Source: Octopus bimaculoides
Lineage: Eukaryota
Length of the DNA: 61,672 nucleotides
Reading direction: 5' to 3'
Assembly: GCF_001194135.2 (NCBI RefSeq)
Contig: NC_068990.1
Location: 9,047,814 to 9,109,485 of the forward strand
Below, piece after piece: positions 1 to 13,308 of this stretch. The notes under the pieces are model-generated. The model was not told the DNA's origin. It saw only the letters and a list, made by a program, of their open reading frames with translations, and did not search any database. The translations under genes and the position numbers were made by a program. Numbering within the stretch: the first letter of the stretch is position 1; the number at the start of each line of letters is the position of its first letter.

Positions 1-45
<45 letters not shown>

Positions 46-109
46 TGTGTATGTATATATCTTCTGCATCATGAGTATACCGGCTCACAAGCCCAAAGTA
101 AAAGGAACT

Positions 110-650
110 GATTAAGTTTGCTAAATGCGTTCCATGTTTTACACATGCGCTAAAGTTGGTTGGAAAATGCACCGGTGGAATTTGTTAAGAAGCATTAATG
201 TTCATTGAATTTGTACACACATTTTGTGCCTACTGACGAGACCTTCTTTCTTCTATATTAAGTACTCATTTTCCTATTGTGAAAAGAATGCCATCTGCTA
301 CGAGATCTGTTCGTGCAGATGCAACAGAGGCACTTGTTGACAAACAGGTTCGTAGACTACTTTGTGATTGAGTTAGGAAATGGAATAATAGTCTATTGTG
401 AGATTAAGTATCAGTGTTTTTAAGTGGCCAGTCTCGATTTGCAGTCACCAGGCTAAGGCTAAAAATTCTTGCATGGATATATTCAAGCTTTGCCTGTAGC
501 GTAGCTTGGGTTTTAAGTGCCCTGTGCGGGTCCCGATAAGCCTCTTGAAATATGACATATCTTTCGCTACAGCTAACACGTTTATTAAGTGACCGTCCTG
601 TGCAAACCATACTGGTTTATGCAGTCAACGTTTTCAGCGTTTAGCCACCG
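110..650 (+). mobile_element. Degenerate hAT-family transposase fragment
   Basis: AKCVPCFTHALKLVG resembles the hAT C..H.LNL motif and SATRSVRADATEAL resembles TRW..R.DA..A. Multiple stops and frameshifts. Confidence 0.5.
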
Positions 651-2081
651 GTCAGGTCTGACTGTATCATTAGAAACGTTTCATTTGGTTCAAGTTGATT
701 GTATACTCTTTACTCTTTTACTTGTTTCAGTCATTTGACTGCGGCCATGCTAGAGCACCGCCTTTAGTCGAGCAATCGACCCCAGGACTTATTCTTTGTA
801 AGCCTTGTACTTATTCTATCGGTTCTTTTGCGGAACCGCTAAGTTACGGGGACGTAAACACACCAGCATCGGTTGTCAAGCGATGTTGGGGGGACAAACA
901 CAGACACACACATACATACATATATATATAGGTACTACTAAAACAGCGCGGACCCGAACGCGTAGTCGCGCGTCCNNNNNNNNNNNNNNNNNNNNNNNNN
1001 NNNNNNNNNNNNNNNNNNNNNNNNNNNNNNNNNNNNNNNNNNNNNNNNNNNNNNNNNNNNNNNNNNNNNNNNNNNNNNNNNNNNNNNNNNNNNNNNNNNN
1101 NNNNNNNNNNNNNNNNNNNNNNNNNNNNNNNNNNNNNNNNNNNNNNNNNNNNNNNNNNNNNNNNNNNNNNNNNNNNNNNNNNNNNNNNNNNNNNNNNNNN
1201 NNNNNNNNNNNNNNNNNNNNNNNNNNNNNNNNNNNNNNNNNNNNNNNNNNNNNNNNNNNNATATATATATATATATATACGACGGGCCTCTTTCAGTTTC
1301 CGTCAAATTCACTCACAAGGCATTGGTCGGATATAGTTGAAGGTGCCACGCAGTGGGACTGAACCCAGAGCCATGTGGTTGGTAAGCAAGCTACTTACCA
1401 CACAGCCACTCCCGCGCCTAGGATTATATTACACAATTTTTCTTTAAAAAAAAAATGGTAGGATGTGATTTCGAGGGAGGAGATTTGACTGCTATTTCTA
1501 GCGATGTGTACTTATGAGGAGTGATATTGTTGATCAGCAGTAATGGTAAGGAAGTTAGTACATACTACCATATCAGTAACAGTGGTGGTGTCGGTGGAGA
1601 GAAGTCAGTATGTGAACTGATTTAACAGTGCGGGGTTGTAGATGGTGTAGCTGCTGCTGATGATCTCACTCCGACTTAGACTAAAGACCTTTAAAACTTT
1701 GAGTCTTTTTAAAACTGGCGACAGTATTATTAGTATAGTAACGATAATTTTGCACAAGCAAGTTATACGTCTACTTAACATTGTGACGGCTATATAAATA
1801 ACGTTAATAGATAAATATATATTTATAGTAAATCCTGGGATACTCCCCCGCTTCAACTTAGTAAGTATACAAATTATTTGATTTATCAGCATAAAAACTT
1901 GCATCGCCAGTAACCGTAAAATCTTCCCGCAAATGATTTGTAAATGTTATACGCACAAGTTTTGCATACACGTATACAACATGCACATGATTTTATGCCG
2001 GTTTCAAGACACCAACATCACGTCATTTAAATTGTTGCTCTGAAAATATTCCCCTTCCTAAAAATCACACACGAACACATA

Positions 2082-2117
<36 letters not shown>

Positions 2118-3329
2118 TTACCATCAGCAATCTGATGGTAAATATTCAAGTAGAGCGGAATACCGAGTTCATGTTTCCACGTTCATTCTTAAGCCGAATC
2201 TAAAGGCCACTGACTAGCAGCATTTACATAAAGACATTCTTCTAATGTAAAAATTCTAACATATTTTGGTATTTAGCTATTGTTAATATAATTTATGATA
2301 AGCTTGTTTCCTATAACTGGAGTAATTATAAATTTATATTTGTCTCTTTAGTGGCTAAATTTACAGATTTGCGACTTATTAATATAATTGAGAAACAGCA
2401 GAGTTTCAGAACAAGCATCCCCCCCACTCTCGAAAATTTTCTCTTTTTATCTATTTCCGAAAATGTCTTCGGTTCCTCTTTTAAGCATTGGCGTTTAGGA
2501 TTCTGATTCCTTTAATTTACCATTCTATTGCTCCATTCCTCTGTTTTGCAACCGGCTGTATAGTTTCCATATTTTTCGAATAATCATTTAAGCTTAGAAA
2601 ATTACCATTTTCAAAAAAAAAAAAAAATAATCAATTCAATTTTTTTAACACTCCGGCGAGTTAGTAGTACCCCAGATTCCATCTCTCCCGGTGTTTAAAG
2701 ATGTGTGTGTATAAAAATCAAGAAATTTTAAAACATAAGTTACGGTGCTTCCTTCTGAAGTCCTGCCCGAACAAACACCTGTGAGTTCTAAACCACTGTG
2801 AATATATATTTAAGAACTTAAGACAAAGCCTCAACCCAGTTTTTGCCCGATGCCGAGAATATGCATTTCAATTTCCAATAGACAAACATATACTCATGTA
2901 CATGTAAGAATTGACAACTTTTTGTATATCCATAAATATAGTTAACTCGCGCCTGCGTAAACGCACACACCACACGTGTATTTGGTGAGATGGAGTTTAT
3001 TACTGACGTTCGTACAAGTACCAATCGTAGCTGACGTGGTACTATTTCCGTTTGATTGTAATTGGTTTGTTTTGCTTTTTTTTTATTTTTAATTCTTTGA
3101 TTTAGTTAAAATCATAACTAATTGTAACATAGTCGCAAGTTCAGAAATTTAGAACTGCTCGTAGTTGATTAATGAAACCATATTACTGGTACTTTCTCAA
3201 TCGACCCCGAGAGGATGTAAGAATTCATTCCAAAAGATTTGAACTAATAGCTGAAAGGGACGTAACCAAATACCGCAATTCATAATATCCCTTTTTTTCC
3301 CTCCCTCTTAAAGGCGTTGAGGGATAATT

Positions 3330-3384
<55 letters not shown>

Positions 3385-4061
3385 NNNNNNNNNNTATTCT
3401 TTACCTCGGCCTTTTTTTTTTTTCCTCTCAATTCTTTATATCTACCACATGCACACTGCTTGAAATATTCTGGCAGGGGGCTAGTCTATAACGTCAACTC
3501 CAGTGCTCAACTGGTACCTATTTTATCAACCCCAAAGGATTAAAGGCAAAATCGACCATGGCAGAATGTGAATTCATAAAGTAATGAGTTCGTTTTAAGG
3601 AACATATTATTTTAACTACAATGTGAAAAGTGAACAAAATGGTCACAGAATAACTTTTACTACAATGGAATTGTAGGAAACTCTAATTGAAACAGATTTG
3701 CAAGCCCACAAAATATTTGTTGGGAGTCATCGACAGTTATCTCTCCTGATTGAACATTCTAGAATATTCCAGAAAATTCTAGGTGAACATGATTAACTCC
3801 CCCGTTGCTAATGTACTACGCATAACTTCAAAATGACACGCAGGGGGTCACTAGTAGCACATCTCTTATTTAAGCAGCATTCCCGCTTAAATCAGCTTCT
3901 CTCCTCTAACTGCTTCTTCTAGACAGAACAATGTCCACCGCGACCTAGAAAGAACCAGGCACATGAATTCGATATCTGATTTCTTACCAATAGCTCATCA
4001 TGGTATTCTATGTCTGGTGTTTGTGGAAAGTAAATCTCGTAGCTTGATTTATTTCTTATTT

Positions 4062-4288
4062 CTTTATTGCCTACAAGGGGCTAAACATAGAGGGGACAAG
4101 CAAGGACAGACAAACGGATTAAGTCGATTACATCGACCCCAGTGCGTGACTGGTACTTAATTTATCGACCCCGAAAGGATGAAAGGCAAAGTCGACCTCG
4201 GCTGAATTTGAAATCAGAACGTAGCGGCAGATGAAATACCGCTAAGCATTTCGCCCGGCGTGCTAACAATTCTGCTAGCTCGCCACCT
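4062..4288 (-). mobile_element. Abundant SINE family 1 (GGCGGTGAGCTGGCAGAATCGTTAGC...GTTCAAATTCCGCCGAGGTCGACTTTGCCTTTCATCC), representative copy
   Basis: More than 12 recognisable copies, e.g. + at ~8520, 8926, 9201, 11040, 11462, 14503, 14722, 37280 and - at ~3422, 4062, 13310, 16375. Confidence 0.85.
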
Positions 4289-5049
4289 TTAATTTATTTC
4301 TATTTACTCAGTTATCATGGAACATGGCAAGTTGTTCAAAATCTTTCTTCTTCTCAGAAGTCTTTATTGAACATTGTATACTCTCTGTACACATTCATTT
4401 ATCACATGTTGGAATAAAACCTTGAACATGAAGCCATTCACACGGAATGAGTATTATTGTTTTTTACTGCACAGAGGTATTTCACGGTTATTGGATTAAT
4501 GATTCAGTCCAATTATTAAAGTGTTGACATTTTTATTAGCGATTTCCCATGCTAAACGATTCATTTAACTACTTTCTAGTCTTCATGCCAGAATAGATAA
4601 TGGAGTCTAGTTTGGCCCTCAGCCTTACAGGTCAAACTGCCCAACGAATGCCAGCATGGAAAATGGATGTTAAATGATGATGATGCATGTTTGCTACATG
4701 CCTTCACAATGATGCCCTTTAAAGAAAATTATGATATTGTTTATGTTTCTTGCAAATAATACATCACAGGCATGGCTGTATTGCTAAAAAGCTTGCTTCC
4801 TAGCCACATGATTTCAGGTTCAGTCCCACTGCATGGCACCTTGGGCAAGTGTCTTCTGTTATAGCCTTGGGCTGACCAAAGTCTTGTGATTGAATTTGGT
4901 AGGCAGAAGTTATTGTCATGTGTGTGGGTATTTGTGCCTAGTAACAAAGAGGGAAATTGCTTGTTAGTTTAGATGTGTGTAGAGAAAGGAAAAATCTTAT
5001 TTGAAAAATGAGAGTTGACATTCGACCATAGAACACAACTCAAAGAAAC

Positions 5050-5450
5050 CTCATCCAGTCCATACAAGCATGGAAGAAGCAGCCATAAAGACAATGGCTG
5101 TAAAGTAGAGAATTTATAGACCAAATCTTCAACACACTTCTGCATGCAGCAGTGTATTCAAGAGTAACAGTATTCTGCATAGATTTCTCGTAAGAGCAAA
5201 ACCTACCCAAAACTGATCCAAACCAAAGAACTATATCTGTAATTCTCCATAGCATTTGTAAAAGTTGAAGAGACTAATGAAAAAGTCTTTAATGAAATGG
5301 GGAAATAGCAAAGTCAGGAATGAGTGAATATATCGGATGCCACAGGAAATTGTTCAATGAAACTTCTATTATAAAGAATGATGGCGGAAACTCAAAGTAA
5401 TGAAAGTAATTCATGAAACCACTTACCGATAGTAGCAAACATAGCATTGA
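5050..5450 (+). mobile_element. Possible Penelope GIY-YIG endonuclease remnant
   Basis: Fragments VFKSNSILHRFLVRAKP and EIAKSGMSEYI..FNETSII resemble the PLE C-terminal region. Very decayed. Confidence 0.35.
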
Positions 5451-5525
5451 CTTCAGCTCAGTATGAAACCATCACTGAAAAATCAAATGCAAATATCCTA
5501 AACATTCTATATAGATAGATGGATA

Positions 5526-5763
5526 GAGGGTGGCCCAAAAGTAGGTTTACAATTATTCAATTATCTCTTTTGCATTCATATATATATATTAACAGTTTGG
5601 ATCTTAATTATGAAATATGTAGCCATTATTCTATGCTAATTTAGCTAATTTTGTCAAGCCCCCTTTTCAGTTTGTAAGATAGAAATTTAAATGTAATAAA
5701 ATGTTTTAAAAGAGATTTAACGTACCTACGTGATAACTGTAAACCTACATTTGGGCTACCCTG
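5526..5763. mobile_element. Tc1/mariner-type MITE
   Basis: Inverted ends AGGGTGGCCCAAAAGTAGGTTTACA and TGTAAACCTACATTTGGGCTACCCT. Confidence 0.7.
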
Positions 5764-5853
5764 CCTCCTGGTCCAACAGTCCTCAGTCAAATCGTCCAAC
5801 CCATGCTAGCATGGAAAGCAGACGTTAAACGACGACGACGACGATGATGATGA

Positions 5854-5899
<46 letters not shown>

Positions 5900-6244
5900 T
5901 ACAGTTCCAGCAAAAAATGTACTCCATCCAGTGAGAGCTAAATATCATTTAATATATACAATTACAAAACGAACTACTAATAGTTTCATGCTTTAAGATA
6001 CATTAAATTAGCAGATTTATATAATATGGCCATTGATGATGATGATGTATCTCCAAGTATTCTTGGTTTTCTTTCCTTTCTTCTTGTTCCATTCAACCCT
6101 CTGCGTATTTTTTTTTACTTCTCATTTCTTGTCATGTTTTGTCATACTCTAGTGTCCTAGTTTTTAGAAACATTTTACATATGGACTGAGCTTGAAAGAT
6201 TGCTGGGAGATGCTATTAGTAGATCTTTTGTAGTTGTGTATATT

Positions 6245-6282
<38 letters not shown>

Positions 6283-7806
6283 GAATTTAAAACATATAAT
6301 AAATGCACAAACAAAGGGGCAACAGACGCAGATGGTTGCCAACTCCTCATCAGTTATCAGCCAGTGAGTCAATCGCAATTTCACATCTAACCAATAATAT
6401 TGCATCCCCTACTGGCGGTGCTGGTGGAAAACACTGTCAGGAATTGGCACTGCCATCTATCTATATATATATATATAATTATAATTATATGTATTTATTT
6501 TATCCTAATAAATAATAATTCGGATAGAATAAATGGGTTAATAGAAACCAATGTAGCAAAGATCACAAAATAACTGTGGTGTAATTCCTGTTAATGAGGC
6601 AGAAACTCCTTGATATTTTTGGTATTTGAGTATATATAAAAATTTAAGGAATGGAGTAAACGCATGTTATAACTGCATACTTTATTCTGACATATGTTTC
6701 GAAGAATTACAATTTATGCGATCCATAGGAATCGTCGATGTTAAAAATGTAAACTTCTCCTCAGGGAATGTATGGGAACCATCTTAAACGTAAGACATTA
6801 TGACCGAGTATGATAACTATAGCTGGAGAAGGTTATAACGTAATTCATTTGAAAAAACCGTTGGAGATTAGGACGCTACCAGATAGTGCGTTGGACAAGA
6901 AGAGAAGAAAGAAAAGAAAAAAGAAAAAAAGAGAAAGAAAATTCAGAGTGTAGAGTTGGGAGAAGATAGGCTGATATAAATCCGATAAAAATTGGAGAGG
7001 AATGTTATGTAATAAAAAGGCATTATAAATGGTTTTAATCTTGTTTCTACAAAAATATTGAGATGAGTGTATATAATCATTTATACTTATGTGTATGCTC
7101 ATATATACACACAAACAAATCCACATTTAATCCCATAAGTTCATGTATGTATATTTATATACATACCCACATATATATATGTCATATGTCTGTGCATCTA
7201 TTGTTTAAAATGAGCACACTCTAGGGAGATTTTACCTACTGGATTAGTGTGTTAACAATACCTAGTGGATTAGTGTTAATAAACCTCATCGATTTGGTAT
7301 TATTAATACCAGTGATTTAGAAGGTTATGAATTCAAGTCAATGGCTGGATGCCTTTCCTTAACACCAACCACTTTACAGTAGTGCTGGGTGCTTTTAACA
7401 TGTCGTCGGCATGAATATGTATATGTATGTGTTTGTGATTGCCACCCCCACTGCTTGACAGTCAGTGTTGGTTTGTTTATGTCCCTGTAACTTAGTAGTT
7501 TTGGAAAAGAGCCCAATGGAATAAATACCAGACATAAGAATCAGTACTGTGGGTGATAAGTTTTGACCAAACCCTTCAAGTCAGTGCCTAGCATGCCCAC
7601 AGTCCATTGACTGAAAGCGGGGCAAAATAAGAGATTTGATCATTTCTCAAAGGTATACACACAGAATGTATTGAATAATCAAATTAAAGTTTTTCCTAAT
7701 TAAAGCATTTTCCTTTCTATTTAGTCACTCTGTTTTTTCATATAAAACTGTCTTTTGTTTTTATATTTTTATAGAATTGTAACATTTGAAGAATATTAGA
7801 ATCAAA

Positions 7807-7950
7807 ATGATCTTGAAAAACCTTGGTGTCATTTTGGCAGTTATAACTGTGTTGATATCTTATTGGTTATATGAGCCATTGCCCGATTCAGTAGCAGAAC
7901 CTTGGAAGTTACGTACAGTAATAGCAGGAAGTAAAGTCCTACATGCTGTT
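7807..7950 (+). CDS. AADAC: AADAC-like coding exon 1 (signal anchor)
   Basis: Encodes MILKNLGVILAVITVLISYWLYEPLPDSVAEPWKLRTVIAGSKVLHAV with a GTAAGT donor at 7951. A pyrimidine tract plus AG at 7773-7774 implies a further upstream 5'UTR exon. Confidence 0.9.
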
Positions 7951-9158
7951 GTAAGTATATCATTATTCTACATAAATTTTTATTAATATTATTATTATTT
8001 GCATTTGACGGATATTTGTCCTCATCTTGTTTGTTGTTAACACAACGTTTCGGCTGATATACCCTCCAGTCTTCATCAGGTGTCTTGGGGAAATTTCAAA
8101 CCTGGGTTCTCATTCCTAAGGTATTTTTCGATGTTATTATTATTACTATTATTATTATTCAGGTCACTGCCTGGAATCAAACACGGAATCTTGGGGTTAG
8201 TAGCCTGTGTTCTTAACCACTAAGCCATATGCCCATGGTTAAGAGCACAGGCTACTAACCCCAAGATTCTGAGTTCGATTCCAAGCAGTGACCTAAACAA
8301 TAATAATAATAATAACAACATTGAAAAATACCTCAGGAATGAGAAACCAGCTTTGAAATTTCCCCAAGACCCCTGATGAAGGCTGGAGGGTATATCAGCC
8401 AAAACGTTGTGTTAGCAACGAACAAGATGAGGACAAATATCCGTCAAATGTAAATAATGTACATAATTCCTCATCTCTTAAATATAGAACTGTAATATTA
8501 TTATTGTTATTATTAAGTTAGCACTCTGGACAAAATGCTTCGTGGTATTTCGCCCATCGCTACATTCTGAGTTCAAATTCCACCAAGGTCGACTTTGCCT
8601 TTCATCCTTTCGGGGTTGATAAAACAAGGACCAGTTGAACACTGTAATCAACGCAACCCCTACATCCACCAAGCTGCACTTGTGGCAAAAATTTGAAATT
8701 ATAATTATTATTATTATTATTATGCCGGTGGCACATAAAAAGCACCCACTACACTCTCGGAGTGGTTGGCATTAGGAAGGGCATCCAGCTGTAGAAATAT
8801 TGCCAGATCGGATTGGAGCCTGGTGCAGCTTTCTGGCTTGCCAGCCCTCAGTCAAATCATCCAACCCATGCCAGCATGGAAAGCGGACATTAAATGACGA
8901 TGATGGTGATGATGATTATTATTAAGGTGGTGAACTGGCAGAATTGTTAGCAATCCAGGCAAAATGCTTAGTGGTATTCCACCCATCTTTACATTCTGGG
9001 TTCAAATTCCGCCGAGGTTGACTTTGCCTTTCATCCTTTCGGGTCGATAAATCAAGTACCAGTGAAATACTGGGGTCGATGTAATCGACTTATCCCCTCC
9101 CATAAAATGGCTACTCTTGTGGCAAAATTTGAAATTATTATTAGCATTATTATTATTA

Positions 9159-9201
<43 letters not shown>

Positions 9202-12200
9202 GGCGGTGAGCTGGCAGAATTGTTAACAATCCAGGCAAAATGCTTTGTGGTATTTCACCTGAAGTTCAAATTCCGCCGAGGTCAACTTTGCCTTTAATCC
9301 TTTCAGGGTCAATAAATTAAGTACCTGTTGAGTACTGGGATCGATGTAATCGACTTACCCCTCCCCTAAATTTCAGGCCTTGTGCCTATAGTGGTAAAGA
9401 TTATTGTCATTATTATTATTATTATTATTGTTATTATTATTATCATTATTATTATCATAGAAGATGCTTGGCGTAGTGGTTAGGATGTTGCACTCACGAT
9501 CATGAGATCCTGGTTTCAGTTCCTAGACCAGGTGGTGCATTGTGTTCTTGGGCAAAACACTTCATCGCAAGATGCTCTGCCATCACTACGACACCTGACA
9601 TGTGATACACCACACACCTGTTCAGGTAGCGTTGATTTGATGGAGGGAGTGAGCTAATGTACAACACATGCATTTAATCATTATAAGCAAATCATTTGTG
9701 CAGATCGTTCAGCAAAAGCTAAAACACTCTTACGTCGTATTTCAAGGTGGAGAAATCCTTGACCAACGCAGAAGCAGAAGATCAAAATCATGAGAGAATA
9801 GTTGTGTGTCAGCTAGCAAGTGAGCTGCTGAGTAGCCTGCATTGTCAACCATGCTTGTTGCACTCTTGTACACCACTTAGTGCCTGACATGGAGGCCCAC
9901 AGAGGCAATTTGTTGGGTGGGGAGGCAATGACAACTATCTTACCATAAAGCATTCTGTTGCAAACAGAACAGACAACATTGACTTACGATGGATAGGTCC
10001 ATCCATGTATTGTATATATGATGATTTATATGTATAATACATGGACATCAGTTATCTGAAATGCCAGGTTCAATGAATTAACACATAAGCGGTTGAGTGT
10101 ACAACACTGTACACTGAGTGTACAACATTAAGGGTACAACACTGACATATTGTACCCTTGATGTAATTCTGCAGCAGAATCAGCATTACATAGTGTGATT
10201 TGGTTGGGCCTTTTATTCATTGGTACAATCATAATCTTTTGAAGAAAACAGCTTCTTTATCAGTTTGGTCTTATGCTTAATTATTTGTAACTTCTTTAGT
10301 AAATGATATCCAAAAAAAAACCCACATCAGCAGAGTTATAGACTTTAAACCCAAACTTTATCAGGTTAAAGTGCAAAAAAGTGGTCTGATGTTTCAAATT
10401 GGCCATGTGTCTTGTGAGCTTTCAATTAATATATAAACGATGTGATTAGTCTATTACAGAGTAGTCAGAGTTGGTGATAACGTTGAGGTGTAGAAAGTTA
10501 TATACCAACTGCACAGTCCTTATTGTGAATGGTTTTGTGTCCTACAGAGAGCGTATGGGGTGCCAATAAATGTTACTGTTTTCTATGTTGTGCAGTGTGA
10601 ATGTGGTTGTATGGTTATGAAGTTTGCTTCCCACAAGGCTTTAGGTTCATCCCATATTATGTAACACCCTGGGCCATCTTAAGCCTTATGAGTGAACTTG
10701 GTAGACAGAAACTGAAAGAAGCCTGTTGTTGATGTTTGAGAATATCAGAATAATGAAGAAAGCCCAAGATGAAGAGGGGTGGCAAATATTGGTAAAAAAA
10801 AGAGTTCTGAGTGTTCCAACAGAAATGCCAAGAGAATGACTTGACTTAACCTGCCAATCATTCTATGACAATAAGGATAACATTTACTTATATGTGGCTT
10901 GGCAGAATCATTAGAGCATTGGAAAAACAGTGTGTAGTATTTCTTCTAGCACTTCATGTTCTAGGTTCAATTCCTGCAGGAGTTGAGTTTGCCTTTCATC
11001 CTTTTGACAGTGGGAAATAAAGTACCAGTGAAGTATTGACGTCTTTACATTCTGAGTTCAAATTCTGCCAAGATCAACTTTGCCTTTTATCTTTTTGGAG
11101 TCAATGAAATAAGTACCAGTTGAGCACTGGGGTCAATGTAATCGACTAGCCCCATCCCCCAAAATTTAAGGCCTTGTGCCTATAGTAGAAAGGATCATTA
11201 TTATCATTATAATACTGGCAAGCCAGCAGATTGATTAGTATGTCAGATGAAAATGTTAAGCAGCATTTTTTCCAACCTTTTTATGGTCACAGTTCAAATA
11301 ACAAAGTCAATTTTTCCTTTCATCTTTTCAGGTTTCATAAGATAATGTGCCAGTCAAGTACTGGAGTCAATGTAATACTAACTGCTTTCTCTTAAAAATT
11401 GCAGGCCTTGTGCCAAAATTTGAAATTAGATAATAATGATTGATATTACTAAATACCTTCAAGGCAGTGAGCTGGCAGAATCATTAGCATGCCAGGCAAA
11501 ATGCTTACCGTCATTTCATGTCTTTACATTCTGAGTTCAAATTCCGCCAAGGTCGACTTTGCCTTTCATCTTTTCGAGGTCGGTGAAATAAGTTCCAGTT
11601 AAGCACTGGGATCGATGTAATTGAGTATCCTACTCCCTCAAAATTTCAGGCTTTGTATCTATAGTAAAAATATATTAATAAATACCTTCCTGTATTTTAA
11701 TCCTCTTTGTGTTGAACTCAAATTCTATAGAATTTACTTTTCATACAGTGTTAATAAAGATATGTGGTACTAGCTGTTCACCAGTCCTGCAATTTTTTAT
11801 CAAGCTACCTTATCAAAATCTCAAAGCTACAAGATAATGCATGATTAATTCAAAACAAAATGAATAAATAAGGATTACTTTTGACAGAACTATGTGTATG
11901 CTGAAGGGTTTATCTCTTCTGCCAAAAGTTCTCTTCTTTCCATACCAGGTGACACTATTTTCCTCCCTCTCTATATATTACAACTAATTTATTCTCTACC
12001 TCCTTTTTATTTAGTGCAGTATATTCTGCTAACATCACTTTGAGGTCTCTTACTTCATACAGGTCCATTACTTATCTAATTTTCTTGACTAAACTAACCT
12101 CCTTCAATATATCTCAAAAGTGATGTGACCCATGTTTTAATGGCTGTGGACTGATCTTTATTTTCTATCATAGATCTGAACTCTAATTTTTAACCTTTGT

Positions 12201-12838
12201 ACTGAAATATGTATCATTTATCTCTCCAATTCTTCTATATTTACATCCTTCATGTATCTACTTGATTTGTGGTTTCCTTCTCTTATAACTGCATCCCTTA
12301 CTTCCCACCATCTTTCTTCTTTCCTTTATTAAGACTTGACACTTCTTCATCTCAAATCCATTTGAACATCTTTGCTTAATCCAGATACTGCTCACAGTAA
12401 AGAGTCTGTTTGATCTTTCCTTGTGAATAGTTTCAAGTCATCCATAAAGAAGTGATTTCCTTCTTAATAATATAATAGCATTGCTAAAGCTATTATTACA
12501 TGTCATAAAAATCAAATAGCACAAGCTATCACCCTGGAAGATTCTGTTTTTGATATTAATACTTCCTACTTCTTCACCAGTTAGCAATTGTTTCCCATTT
12601 ACTCATACACTTTACAAAGAACTTTCTTATATCCTCCACTATATCTACCATCTCTGAACTTTCTATTACTCAACAATGATGAATCATGATGTAGGTATTT
12701 TCATAATCAATACTATCAATCAATAATTGGTGCGTAATAACTCTACACACCCTTCAGCATTATTTCTTCTCAAGGAGCATTATATATATAATTCATTCTC
12801 TTTATATCGTTGCATACATTTAACTTATACTCTGGCTG

Positions 12839-12886
<48 letters not shown>

Positions 12887-13277
12887 CCCTGGCTGTCTAT
12901 TCATCTATATATATACACACAAGCACACATTTAACTTTTATATAGCCTGTCTCATTTACCTAATCATATGCCTTGGTTGTCATGTATACATTATACTGTT
13001 GTACATCATGGTTCTCTTTTATCTATGCATACATTAGTGGCACTCCATCAGTTATGACGAGTGTTCCAGTTGATCCAGTCGAAGGGGCAGCCAGCTTCTG
13101 AAATTAATGTGCACGTGTCCAATTGTTACCTTTGAGTAGTGAGCCATTTCCTCCTCCATATTTTGAAGTGGTCTTGGGCCAACAGGCTTTGGGATCTGAC
13201 AATACACCATAAAGCTAAACCCTTTATGGATGGGAAACCTAAGGTAATCTCAAAAACTGGCCTTTCCCTTTTTTAAG

Positions 13278-13308
<31 letters not shown>

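Noticed and set aside
3225-3543. Poly-Lys and poly-Phe ORFs
   Set aside because: They are translations of a poly-T tract next to a gap.
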